64,000 nt of DNA from assembly GCF_006345805.1 (NCBI RefSeq), contig NC_042997.1, positions 59,272,001 to 59,336,000 on the forward strand, read 5' to 3'. Positions 28,301 through 62,371 of this stretch are shown here, piece by piece (the first letter of the stretch is position 1; every line of letters starts with the position of its first letter). The notes beneath the pieces were generated by a model. That model searched no databases, had not been told where the DNA came from, and saw nothing but the letters and a program-made list of their open reading frames with translations. A program made the translations under genes and the position numbers. The DNA comes from Octopus sinensis. Its lineage: Eukaryota.

Positions 28301-31300
28301 GAGGAAGAAAAAGGAAATGAGGTTAGAATGAGAAATTTGGGAAAATAGAGAGAATGGATAACAATGAGAAACAGAAAATGGATGAAGAATAACGGAAGGT
28401 AACTAACAGACATACGGTAGTGATGTGGAGAAGTGCACGAATATGAACCTATAAGAGTTTTAATATTAAGAGTAGGAAGAAATGTTGCTAAGCATTTTGT
28501 CCGAGGCGTAAACGATTCTGTCAACACACCGCCTTAAAGTGAGTAAATATAACCCTTTCTGATTTAGATACAAGACCTGCAATTTTTAAGAAAGAGGTAT
28601 GTCGATTACATCGATTCCAGTGATCAACTGGTACTAATTCGAGCACCGAGATCGATGTAATCGACATACCCCTCCCTTCAAAATTGCAGGTCTTGTGCCT
28701 AAATAAGAAAAAAATATTTACTAAGGCGGTGGGCTGACAGAATCTTCAGCGCTTTGGACAAAATGCTCAGCCTTTCATTCTTTCGGGGTCGATAAAATAA
28801 GTACTGGTTGAGCAATGGGGTCAATGTAATCGACTAGTCCTCCCCCTCAAAATTTCGGGCCTTGTGTAAAAAGGTCAATAGCAGAAATATTAATGCTATA
28901 TATTTGGACATAGTTTCCTATGCCTTTGACAACGTATCCCATTAAAAATTTTTCCCTCCCCACCCTAAAAGCTTAAATTGTTGAAAATCAAGGGTAAATG
29001 TTTGGTGTGGTTCAAAAACTATTTGGTAAATAGTAAACATGTTTGTCTTGATTGTTCTCTTAGTTTGGTATCGGTTGCAATGGAGTTCCGCAATGCAGCC
29101 CTATCCAGTCAATACGTTTCCTTGCTCAATGAAATTTTAATATTTTGCGTAGGCTAATATAAATTTAAATTTTGTTCTGTAGCTGTTTCCGGATATCCAA
29201 AAATGTATAGTCTTACATCTTGGTTTGGAAAATTTTAATATTTAAAATTTCTTGAATGAAACTAAAATTCCATAACATTGTGCTAGAATCGCTCCTGAAG
29301 GTTTTCAAATGACGGACTAGACTGAAACTTTGTTGGAAATGTTAAAAGCTTATGTCCATTCTCAACATAAGTATGCCACATTGATCTCGAATCCTCACAT
29401 GTTAGATATCGTCTATGTTGAATGAGTGCAACGTGCTTTTTCCAACAAGTTAGCCTCAGTGAACTTTGTAATCCCGCTCATCCAAATATTTTAACATTTG
29501 AGTCCCTTGAAGAATCAAGAATAAGAAGAAACCTATGGTTTTAAAAATAATTTTATGACTGAAGTAAACTTAATATTACAATATGAGTTAAATAATTTGA
29601 TGGATATTTTCCGTAAATGATTTCTTTTTCAAAACTTAAAAATTCTAATAGAAGAGATCATTCTAAAAAGAGTTCCAGAAACAAAGTAGTCAACTGGTAA
29701 GAGACGTTAGGACGTTGGATAAATAGCTTTGCAGCAATTGTTCCAGTTGTCTGCGGTAAGGGTTCAAATCCCATCGAGGCCAATTTTGCCTTTCGTTGCT
29801 GAAAATAAAGTAAATTTGCTAGAGTCGATTCTTCTCTTTCCTTCACCCCCTCCTTCCTTTCTGGAAGGAAATCAACTACGGCCAGATTTGACCACAACAG
29901 GAGAGATGTTGTATGTCAGAGTGCCGTCCCTAAAACTCCATCAAATGAGTTGAGGGCCCAAGACAAGTCCCAATACGCAATAAACCTCCAGCACATCTGG
30001 TAAGGTTATTTTCCTTGTTGTCACTCGCAAATATACCTTAATGTAACTGCTTAAGGTGCAAGGCACTCTCTCGACCTCAACAGGATTTGAACTTGGAGCG
30101 CAAGAACCAGAACAAATACAGCAAAGTATTGTAACGTCTCTGCCAATCGACCGCTTCAGATTTTGTTCTAATTATGGCAGAATCGTTAGCACGGCAGAGT
30201 CGACTTAACCTTTCAACAATTCGACGTCGATGAAATAAGCACCAGTTGAGGACTGGAGTCAATGTAATCGACTTACACCCCCGAAATTTCTGGCCTTGTG
30301 CCAAAATTTGAAACCAATCATGGTAATTTTTAATGCAGTATAAAAGCTACTTTATTCTCGCATTTCTTGTGTTATTTATTGTTTTATTTCATAATGAACA
30401 TATTTATTTCGGTGATAAGAAAGCGAAAGAAGAGTAGAAGAAAAAAAAGATGCAACTATATTATTTATCTCTCGATAAGTTTATCTGAAATACGAGAAAT
30501 AAGTGAAGAGCGATAAAGAGATGTAGTGAAAGAAGAGGATAGGAGCCCCCAAGCGAAGTAAGGAGCAGACAACACACAAGTAAACAGCAAGCATGTGCAG
30601 CAGACAGCATGAATAGCAAATTTAAGAGATCAACAAGAAAAAAACACACTGTCACGTTTCTCGGTGCACATGTGAGTCAGGAAATATAGCAAAACAGCAA
30701 TTCCCTAGCTAGTCAGATCAAATGCGCAAAACACACACACATGTAATAGCACCAGATCTTTTTGTTTTCAGCATATTTTATATCATACTGAGACCAGAGA
30801 CATCAAAAGCTTGGTATAATAGAAAACAAATATAAACATTCTCTAGTAGCTTTATGAACTGATTTTTTTTTATTTGCCCAAGTAATACATTTTTTCGTTG
30901 GACGCTTACATGCATATTGGAGAAAGTGGGTTCGATCCCATCTGACATATTGTGTATTTCCTATTTAGAGATGTCCTCCCTCTCTCTTTCTCTCATATAT
31001 TTGAGCCAGCATGACGCTTAGGAGTTGAGGGGGAAATGTGCAGCAATAGCGTAGGTGCCAGTTTATAAGTGCAATAAAAGAGGATGCCATACGAACCAAG
31101 AATTGAAACTGAATCGAAGCAGAGCATTTACTAGAACTAAAATACAGTTACGATATTCCCCACACAATAAATATAACGAGACAAGCCATTTCTACAAATA
31201 CTGTTTAGCTATATCGTCTATTTAGATATTATATATACATGCCCATCGAAGGTTATATACTGTAATCTTTATTCATACAAGAGTCATAAGATCTAAGCAT

Positions 31301-32809
31301 ATATATATATGGCTTGAGATATGTGCGCCTGTACACATACATCAAAGAACACACGTATGCCTTTATATATAAATGAACAGATTTTTCTAAAGATCATGCT
31401 TCTAAGTCCTCATTTAATAGGAATGTTCTCAAGATTTATGCTTATGTATATATGATAATCACAACATTAACAACAAAGTCGATACCTTCGTGCAATATGG
31501 AAGCAAATTCATAGAAACTGCGAGACTTTATTTCATTCCTTCTTTCGTTATCATTCGTGTTTACGATAACCTCAAGCAAGTCGGTTTTAGGCCTAATTAC
31601 AATCTGCTCTCCGTTTTGTTGACAACCAGAATTAGGGAGAAAGGATTTTACTTATTATATAATACACAGTATGACATTCATGAGCATATTTCATTCATGA
31701 TACTAGATTAAGTAACCCCGACTATGTGCAAAACACTAAACGGATCTTAGGCCTGTTACCATGAATAGAGAGCAAGCCATAGCTATTTTGCATAAGGGTT
31801 GGTTGATGTGACATGCATTACATACATACACACACTACAAGGATTCAATATAACAGCCGCCTATCTACCACATGACGTAGGATGTGAACAAAATGTTAAG
31901 CGTATAATGGAGACAAAATGAAGGACGAGAAAGAAAGCTCCTTGTCGAGGTAGCCGAAGTTCAGCAGAAATCTTAAGGGTCAAAATGCTTACTGTTTGAA
32001 TATACAATGTAGGTGGGCAAGTTAAGAGACATAATGCGGAAGATATAGATTATTTCCATGGGAACTCATTAATCTAACTTAACATAGGTGGCAAATGATG
32101 ATGATGAGAAATGAAATATTCTTTTGCTTTTAATTTGAAAAATAAAACAGTTGGGGTGTAACTGGGACTGAAATGACCATTGAGAATGGGACATTTTTGT
32201 TTGTTTTCAGACAGCAATCTTTCAGGCAAAACAAATCATAGATACATAAATCGCAAGCTTTTTTGTTATGTTTTTATCGATAATATATCTATTGCGAAGA
32301 GCCAATTATGTGTGTTTAGAAGGTTACAGATCCGAAAATAACGAACAAGCCTTCCTTTTATGAGCAACACCACTCCAATTTTAAAACCAGTATGTATCGT
32401 AATATTTATAGGGATAACAGGAAACGAGATAATGAGATATTCATGTATTTTTGAAGATCAATAATAACGACGATAATGCAGTTGATAAAACACGATAGAT
32501 TTTTTCACAAATATAACTCAATATAAAAGAGGTCTATGAAAAAGAGACAACATTTAAATATAAACATGAAACCAGATGATATATTTCCATCGAGGATATA
32601 AAACTGAAATAAACCCAAAATATAAATACAAATATACATAACACAATATATATATATCTTACACAATTGCCTTAGTAAATAACGGGTGAAAAACACCGTG
32701 ATCACAAAAAGAAAAAAGAAATACTTACCTTTTGTATTGTGTTTGAATTTGGCGGTGGAGGTGGCTGAGCCTTTCCTTTCGGCTGTGATTGTACGAAAGT
32801 CAGCGACAT
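6527..32809 (-). CDS. SS18: SS18/SS18L1 (SYT/CREST) family BAF subunit, complete gene: join(32729..32809,19377..19453,17972..18053,14023..14164,10334..10471,9470..9811,6527..7803), 2139 nt = 712 aa + stop (706 aa with the alternative donor at 9488)
   Basis: Exons 1-3 give the SNH/SSXT domain (TIQK|MLDENIQLIQAILDYQNKGRASECAQ|YQVMLHRNLVYLATVADSN), which matches human SS18 (IQKMLDDNNHLIQCIMDSQNKGKTSECSQYQQMLHTNLVYLATIADSN). A long Q/P/G/Y/M-rich tail follows. Junction phases are consistent and the total length is divisible by 3. Invertebrates are expected to have one pro-ortholog of SS18 and SS18L1. Confidence 0.93.
6815..7528 (-). repeat. Coding 21-bp minisatellite: 34 heptads of consensus [GSV][GSP]M[QS]GPP
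   Basis: 714 nt = 34 x 21, read from the translation and the nucleotide period. Confidence 0.95.
9470..9811 (-). CDS. SS18: SS18 exon 6 (GPPMNTPNAMNNQPGYGPP...), with two in-frame donors (exon end 9488 or 9470)
   Basis: ttttgtag acceptor; open QPGY-type frame (ORF 9363..9824). Confidence 0.88.
10334..10471 (-). CDS. SS18: SS18 exon 5 (GSTGMPMTSAGG...TQGKSRA)
   Basis: aacag acceptor, 138 nt, GTAATT donor; phase 1/1, Q/P/G/M/Y composition. Confidence 0.85.
10747..10833. mobile_element. Mariner-derived mini-MITE (MADE1-like)
   Basis: 24-bp TIRs ttgggttggtgcataattaatgac / gtcattaattatgcaccaatccaa with one mismatch; TA on the right. Confidence 0.75.
11488..13505 (-). mobile_element. Decayed, 5'-truncated L1/Tx1-clade LINE (RT, C-terminal zinc knuckle, 3' UTR)
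   Basis: Frame fragments LDQSKAFCRVDH, RQGCHLSSLLYIMTLKPLL, YANN, GAKIN, CPR*AQNDQTILHALVQC; 3' end AATAAA followed by (TTA)n. Confidence 0.85.
14023..14164 (-). CDS. SS18: SS18 exon 4 (APGQVNPNQGMPGG...QMNAPPP)
   Basis: tatttag acceptor, 142 nt, GTCAGT donor; phase 0 in, phase 1 out. Confidence 0.88.
16330..17370 (+). mobile_element. Probable LINE (RTE-like) 5' UTR plus start of APE, interrupted by an AT-rich patch (16520..16800)
   Basis: KRKNKCPLNFGCWNVHT at about 17298..17348 matches the APE N-terminal WNVxT motif; hairpin-rich upstream region. Confidence 0.5.
17972..18053 (-). CDS. SS18: SS18 exon 3 (YQVMLHRNLVYLATVADSNVNVQAVLP)
   Basis: ttttag acceptor, 82 nt, GTAAGT donor; diagnostic LHxNLVYLA motif. 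Confidence 0.95.
18210..18421. mobile_element. piggyBac-type MITE (related copies at about 436..646 and, partial, 61423..61560)
   Basis: TTAA|CCCTTTAACA...TGCTAAAGGG|CTAA termini. Confidence 0.7.
19208..19318 (+). repeat. RTE family A 3'-tail repeat (other copies at about 20105..20260, 22125..22430, 40575..40760, 44613..44830, 54594..54900, 59419..59583)
   Basis: gcatccagc.gtagaaacc...ctggagcctggtgcagc...gttaaatgatgatgat shared with 60400..60531. Confidence 0.75.
19377..19453 (-). CDS. SS18: SS18 exon 2 (MLDENIQLIQAILDYQNKGRASECA-Q)
   Basis: tttgtag acceptor, 77 nt, GTAAGC donor; SNH domain. Confidence 0.95.
21555..21870 (-). mobile_element. SINE with tRNA-like head, CORE-like middle and LINE-like tail
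   Basis: Minus strand gaaggcatatggctc...gttcgattcc...tgtgttcttaggcaagacccttta. Confidence 0.6.
23065..25080 (+). mobile_element. Decayed hAT (Buster/Charlie-type) transposon
   Basis: ATG 23361 MDTFVKK; LSFGFT; BED-finger remnant CGKILINETIMPSKLHRRLTSKH; dimerisation motif NEYLHLSRKVVIVLLQFST...LRVCLSS; TIR-like agaggttctcaac at 23065. Confidence 0.78.
26491..26880 (+). mobile_element. tRNA-derived SINE family 1, dimeric copy (full unit plus headless second unit with a different tail)
   Basis: A box TGGCAGAAACG, B box GAGTTCAAATTCC; B box and core repeated at 26716..26830. Confidence 0.85.
28562..28704. repeat. Foldback of two SINE 3' tails (54-bp arms, 35-nt spacer)
   Basis: 48/54 identity by hand alignment. 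Confidence 0.85.
28890..29470 (+). mobile_element. Decayed CR1-clade RT fragment
   Basis: AIYLD..AFDNVSH, NGVPQCSP (29079..29102), YVHS..YATLISNPHMLDI..VE*VQRAF. Confidence 0.65.
32729..32809 (-). CDS. SS18: SS18 exon 1 (MSLTFVQSQPKGKAQPPPPPNSNTIQK)
   Basis: ATG at 32809, 81 nt, donor GTAAGT; ends in IQK like vertebrate exon 1. Confidence 0.9.
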
Positions 32810-56231
<23,422 letters not shown>

Positions 56232-56530
56232 TTCAACTCACATCACCACATCAAGATTTTCATCTCCTTTGATCCTTCTTAGTTTCTCTATCATTGCTGA
56301 ATTACATTTTTTTTCTTGTTTATAAAATTATACAGTTTAACATATGACTTACATCTTGTCTTTTTAAATGTGTGAGGTTTTTGTAACATTTAGACTATGG
56401 GCAGATGTTTAGCTAGCTTGGCTACTGACTACAAATTTATGCAATAATCATTGTTTACTCTAGGCAAAGTCATTAACCTACCTGTGTATTTTTTCATTTG
56501 GTTGGGTAGAGGCATAGCATGGCCCTGGTT

Positions 56531-56842
56531 TTGTTTGTTTGTTCCTTCTCGAGCCATGCTTGGCTCATAAGAGCCGGTTTCCTGGTTTTTTGACGTATAG
56601 GCTCCCCACCTGGACGGGATGCCGGTCCGTCGCAGGTGAGCTGCAAGATGCAGGAGGAAAGAGTGAGAGAAAGTTGTGGCGAAAGAGTCAACAGAAGTTT
56701 CGCCATTACATTCTGCCGGAGCCATGTGGAGCGTAGGTGTTATGCTCATAAACATACACATCGTCCGGTCTGAGATTCGAACCCGCGATCCCTTGACCGC
56801 GAGTCCGCTACTCTAACCACTAGGCCATGTGCCTCCACATTA
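56531..56842 (-). mobile_element. Young tRNA-derived SINE (third family) with 9-bp TSD, in the inferred PSMA7 3' UTR
   Basis: Head GGAGGCACATGGCCTAGTGGTTAGAG...GGTTCGAATC; CpGs intact; GCCCTGGTT at 56522..56530 and 56843..56851. Confidence 0.85.
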
Positions 56843-57502
56843 GCCCTGGTTAGGTAAATTAAATTCATACAAACATGCTATAGGAACTTATTTGTCATTC
56901 TTAATATTAATGATTTAGTGACTAAAATTTATAAAATGTATCTTTTTTTTTTAAGGTTCACAGTAGTTATATTTAGCTGGACTTCTGTACTTTGACATAT
57001 TTTTATTTCTAAATAATCCCCAAAATTTTATCTTTGTGATTGAGGTCTTATTTGTTCCATGATTTTCTTTTTTTCTTTTTGTTTTTGTTTCTCTTCATTC
57101 AAGAGTTGTTGATAGTTTGTGTATAAATTATCATTACCATTCATGAAATATTTTTTCATAGGCCATGATCTCTGAGTCCTATATATCTGAAGTCCTGCTT
57201 ATAAATAAGTGCTTTTTAAAAATTTATTTACTGCTAATATTAAGGACTTAAGATAATTTTCTAGCCATTCTTTTATTTTTTCATTGACTCTGTATGAATT
57301 TAATTCTCTAAACTCTAACTATTTCCAATATTCTTCTCCATCTATTCCTCATTTACAACTAGGTGCACAGCTCCATTAAATATTAGGTGTTTTTATGGGG
57401 AAATTAACCATGTCCTAACACTGGTATAACTCTATTAATAGTTGACACTCTGGATGCTATAACTCTCAAGATGTTTACTTTTCTCTGTTATTGTATATAA
57501 AC

Positions 57503-57508
57503 AATAAA
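57503..57508 (+). terminator. Candidate PSMA7 polyadenylation signal AATAAA
   Basis: Canonical hexamer about 1.27 kb after the stop, at the end of a U-rich tract. Confidence 0.4.
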
Positions 57509-57579
57509 TGTTATTCATGCAATGATCCAGATATGCAAACTCTTCCATTCTAGAAGAAATATTTTATCTTTGACAAATA

Positions 57580-58190
57580 TCATAAGATTAGGCTATTAAG
57601 CATATGAAAGCAGGGAAAGCAACAGGGTTATCAGAGATAGATACTGAGATTATGAAAACATCTGGCAAAGTAGAACATGTGCTAGTTACTTGCATAGTCA
57701 ATCACATAGTGCAAGAAATAACAAAAATGTATTGGGAAGAAGAAAGTAAATTAGAAAGACAATAAACTGATGGAGGTTACAGGGAGAGAACTTGCTTGGA
57801 TGAACTGGAGCTACTGATACCATCTTCTCCTCAACCACAGAAGCCTTTAATTAAGAAAAAAACATTATATATTGCTTTTGTTGAAGTAAAGAAGGTCTTT
57901 GGGATGGTACTATACTTTGTAGTCTGAGTTAAATGAATAAATGGCTTCTGAGAGCCATGCAAGCAATGTAAAGGTTTATTGTCGATTAAAAAATGAGCTC
58001 AGTGAGAAATTTAACATGCAATTAGGTGTCCATCAGGGCTTAGTTCTCATTCCTTTCACACTTACAGTTCTTCACACCATGACAGTAAAGTTCAGAACTC
58101 TGTGAGAGCTGTATGTTGACAGTTAATTTGTAACAATATCAGTCCAAACATGGAAACATTGCCTAAAATTTAATTTAGCAAAAGCAAAAG
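57580..58190 (+). mobile_element. Old RTE family A RT fragment
   Basis: MKAGKATGLSEI and GVHQG-like motifs with many stops. Confidence 0.6.
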
Positions 58191-58215
58191 TCTAATCAGA
58201 AATGAAAACGATACT

Positions 58216-58350
58216 AGGCACAGGTGTGGCTGTGTGATTAAGAAGCTTACTTCCCAACCATGTGGTCTTGGATTCAGTCCCACTGCACAACACCTTGTGA
58301 AAGCATTTGGTAGATGGAAACTGAAAGCCCGTCACACACACACACACACA
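58216..58350 (+). mobile_element. tRNA-derived SINE family 2 (ggtgtggctgtgtg..aagaagcttacttcccaacca..)
   Basis: Homologous copies at about 17740..17900(-), 39103..39275(+), 41490..41700(-), each ending in microsatellite. Confidence 0.8.
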
Positions 58351-58352
58351 TA

Positions 58353-59148
58353 TGAGTGGGTACCCAAAAGTAACCAGGAACGTTCTCTGTGGGACAAGCC
58401 TATTGTAGTTCATGCTTTTGTCACTAGAAGCCACTTGATGTAACCCTCAGGCATCAGTCTGCTGACCGGTGGTGTCGGGTATAGTTGTACTGCCACATGG
58501 TGTGTCTTTGTTTTGCAGTGCTTCTCCCCTGTTTGTCGAATTTTGGCTGAGGTAAAGGAACAGCATGCTTCCATGAAATTTTTTCTTTTGGGGAAAACAG
58601 TTATCATGCTTCAGACAGCTTACAAGGACACTGCCACAAGCAAAACAAGTCTATGAGTGGTTTTCACGCTTTAGGAATAGTCCCTTGTTGCTAGAAGGCT
58701 AACCTCGTTCAGGGAAACTGTTGACCTCCTGAATGAATGAAAACATCATAGAAATTCATGAAGTGATCTCGGAGGACCATCGCCGAGCAATTGACAAACT
58801 TGTTGATATGACTGGTGTGTCCTGGAGCTCCTGTCAATGAATTTTGAGCAAGGAATAGCAAATGAAGAGTTGCAGCAAAATTTATGCTTTGCTTGCTCAC
58901 GGAAGATCAAAAGCAGTCACAACTGAATGCATGTCATGAACTGAAAGAACATTGGAAGTTGATCTGGACCTTTTTTGAAGGTCATCACTCATGACGAAAG
59001 TTGCTGCTATGGCTACGACCTGGAAACAAAGCAGCAATCAAGTCAATGGAAGCATTCAATATCACCATGCCCCCAAAAGCACATCAAGTGAAGTCCAATG
59101 TCAAGATGATGCTGATTTGTTTCATTGATATGAAAGGAATGTAAAAGT
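58353..59148 (+). mobile_element. Mariner transposon 5' part (TIR plus decayed transposase to just past the first D)
   Basis: TA + TGAGTGGGTACCCAAAAGTAACCAGGAA TIR; ITHDESCCYGYDLETKQQSSQWK...VKSNVKMMLICF. Confidence 0.8.
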
Positions 59149-59171
59149 GCCCAAGTCAGTGCCACATAAAT

Positions 59172-59403
59172 ATTTCTTTATTGCCCACAAGGGGCTAAAC
59201 ATAGAGGGGACTAACAAGGACAGACAAAGAGATTAAGTTGATTATATTGACCCAGTGTGTAACTGGTACTTATTTAATCAACCCCGAAAGGATAAAAGGC
59301 AAAGTCGACCTCGGCGGAATTTGAATTCAGAACGTAACAGCAGACGAAATACTGCTAAGCATTTTGCCTGGCGTGCTAACGATTCTGCCAGCTCGCTGCC
59401 TTC
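59172..59403 (-). mobile_element. SINE family 1 monomer with 15-bp TSD
   Basis: CAGTGCCACATAAAT at 59157..59171 and 59404..59418. Other family-1 copies or fragments at about 1099..1308(-), 5648..5800, 6270..6410, 8690..8930, 21290..21487(-), 27880..28025, 28722..28866, 30166..30318, 46417..46596. Confidence 0.88.
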
Positions 59404-59821
59404 CAGTGCCACATAAATGCATCCAGTACATTCTGCAAAGTAGTTGGCATTAAGAAGGGCATCCAGCCATAGAAAGCTTGCCAAAACAGACAAGTGGAGC
59501 CTGTGCAGGTCTCCATCTGGCTAACACCTGTCAAACTATCTAACCCATGCCAGCATGGAGAACGGATGTTAAATGATGATGATGTCTGTGTGTGTGTTTC
59601 TGTTTACTTTTGTCGTGACATTATTTAATGATTGTAAATGAGCATCATTGTCATACAAGTAATGTTCATTTCTTGTCTTTCATAATGAAATATTAGCTTG
59701 CTTGGAAACAGGTGAGGGTTGGTGAAAGGGAGGCTCCTATGACCATAAGAAAAACCTGCCACAACAAATTCTGTCTGATCCATGCAAGGCTCAGTAAATC
59801 TAGTCAATAGTTTATTTTACC

Positions 59822-60531
59822 TAGATGGCCTGTGTGAAAAAGTGCCACACCCTAGCGGTTGAGGGAACCTGTGGAAGAGGTAGACCCAGGAAAACCTGGG
59901 ACGAGGTGGTGAAGCACGACCTTCGAACTTTAGGTCTCACCGAGGAAATTACTAGAGACCGAGACCTTTGGAAGTATGCTGTGCGGGAGAAGACCCGGCA
60001 GGACAAGTGAGGCCATAATCCCGTGGCCTATACCTGGGATGTAGCCAGCCCACTTGTGCATTCCTTTCCTTCTTGGGACACAAAACTCCACTTGTGAAGA
60101 CCTGTTGAGGCAAGTGAATAATCAAAATCGTAATCTGTCAACATCAATGGAATTTGTAGCTGTGATACCAGTGCCGGTGATACGTAGGAGAACCATCCGA
60201 ACGTGGCCGTAGCCAGCGCCGCCCGGCTGGCATCCGTGCCGGTGGAACGTAAAAAGCACCATCCGACTGTGGCTGTTGCCAGCTTCGTCTGGTCCCCGTG
60301 CCGGTGGCACGTAAAAAGTACCATCCGATCATGGCCGTTTGCCAGCCTCGTCTGGCACCTGTGTCGGTGGCACATAAAAAGCACCCACTACACTCATGGA
60401 GTGGTTGGCGTTAGGAAGGGCATCCAGATCAGACTGGGCCTGGTGCAGCCTTCTGGCTTCCCAGACCCCAGTTGAACCGTCCAACCCATGCCAGCATGGA
60501 AAGTGGACGTTAAACAATGATGATGATGATG
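59822..60531 (+). mobile_element. RTE family A 3' end (ORF end, 3' UTR with ~63-bp tandem units, (GAT)n tail)
   Basis: VEGTCGRGRPRKTWDEVVKHDLRTLGL...*; ends gttaaacaatgatgatgatgat. Confidence 0.85.
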
Positions 60532-61573
60532 GCCTAATCAGCAATGGAGTGTATTGCAAAAACAGTAGCCAGAGTAAGGACTGGGGGAAAGAAGTTCATG
60601 AAATGATTCTCTATGTTGGCAACATAAGAGTTTCTCTCTCCAAGTGAATTCTAAACTAACTGATGTTTGAACACAAAATGTGATATTGCATAGTAGAAAG
60701 ATATGGGCAATAAATGTGGAGAATATATGACAACTGAAAAGAAATGAAATAATTATATTCCACTGGATGTGTCACACCAGAGTGCATGAGTGACAAAATA
60801 GAAGGCTGCTGAAAGAAAATCTTCAGCATTTGTGTGTTAAAGAGGAAACTGATGACATCGACATGTGAGGTCTGTGATGAATAAGAGTTCGATGAAAATG
60901 AGTCAAATGATATAAGTAGAAGGAGCTTGTAGATGTGAAGAGTCATGAAATAGTGCAAAAATGGGAAGATACTGTGCTTTGATCAGGTTGACTCATGCCA
61001 ATATAGAAAAGCAGATATAAAAACAATGGTGATATTCATATGTAATTCATCTTGCTGAGAAATTACACACAAGTACTTATTCAGCAGCTTTGGGATGAGG
61101 ATCCACTTGCTGGATTTTGCTATCTTTACTGCTCATCAGGGTTCACTCACCTCTTCTGCTAAGGTGTTGAGGTAAAGTAGTGGAAGGTTATTTATTAAGC
61201 TGGAGTTAAAACTACTAGGAATATCAGCCAACTCCCAGCCTATTATCATGAAAAGGAAAGGACACATAAGATGATGTAGTCCTAGATATATTGTGTCCGA
61301 ATAAATGATGGGATGATCAATCAACTACTACTAGTAGTATACCATATTTACTTTCTGTACATATGGTGACAGTGGGATCAGACCCTTAAGAATTTTCCTG
61401 GTATTTCACTGGCTACCCCTGTTTAACTCTTTAGCATTTAAACTGACCATATCTGGCAAGAATATTTCATCAATTTTATGTACAAACTGGCCAGATCCAG
61501 CCTATCACACTTACCTTATAATATTATTCTAAATATAATGTCATTGAAATCTCAGTTACAAGATTGTAGGCGC

Positions 61574-61726
61574 TGTTACCTCCTCTGATAGCAGCTGCCT
61601 AATTAGCTGGCCAATATTGAGGTTCAGACACTCACCTCCTCTTTTGGCATCAGGACGTCAGAGAGCAAAGATGCGATCTAGTTGGCTCTCTCACACCACA
61701 CGCCAGCCAGCAGACAGGAGGTAACA
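61574..61726. mobile_element. 153-bp element with TG...CA termini (solo LTR or MITE)
   Basis: Perfect 11-bp terminal inverted repeat TGTTACCTCCT / AGGAGGTAACA; no clear TSD. Confidence 0.45.
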
Positions 61727-62263
61727 CGCAGGAGAAGATCATGGCCTCCATGCATCAAACCATTTCTATTTATCATTCAGCTTGTATATATATGTGAGGT
61801 CGGCATTAAAGGTATTTAAGGTTACAGCCTTGTTCAAAAGTATTTCTCTATTGTGTTCCTATCAAATGATATTATAGCCTTCTGAGTAGAGTCATATTTA
61901 GATGGCTCCACAACCATGATACAAACAATCTAAAATGGTGACTTGACGTGGAATACAGACTATCTAACATGGCACTACAATGCAGCACACACCACAATTC
62001 CTTCTAAAATGTGAACTCTGGACGGATTCTGACCAGTGGATACTTATTGCTTTTTCTTCTTTGCGACTTCATTTATATGACTAGACCGCCATTCATCGTA
62101 TAGGAACATACCACTAATCTCTCTTGTCGCAATATTGTCTTCTTCACCAGAAAAATTTGGCGCCATTTTCAAGTTGGAAATTGCACATAATTATTCCTTG
62201 TGTTGTCGCCAAATTTACAACTTTGACCTTCGAACACACAGCTTTCCAGGGGAATTTTCTTAT

Positions 62264-62318
<55 letters not shown>

Positions 62319-62371
62319 TACATACTGACATACATACATATGTATGCATGTGTGTATATATATATATATAT

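Noticed and set aside
31490-31711. 73-aa ORF with QVGFRPNY
   Set aside because: Probably a very old RT fragment; too decayed to call as a gene or classify
56767-56838. tRNA gene
   Set aside because: Acceptor and anticodon stems do not pair well; it continues into a SINE body bounded by a TSD
60330-60375. HDV-like ribozyme (GCC-UCGUCU-GGC resembles P3/L3)
   Set aside because: L3 lacks the UCC needed for P1.1, and no P1 with a G-U first pair could be formed
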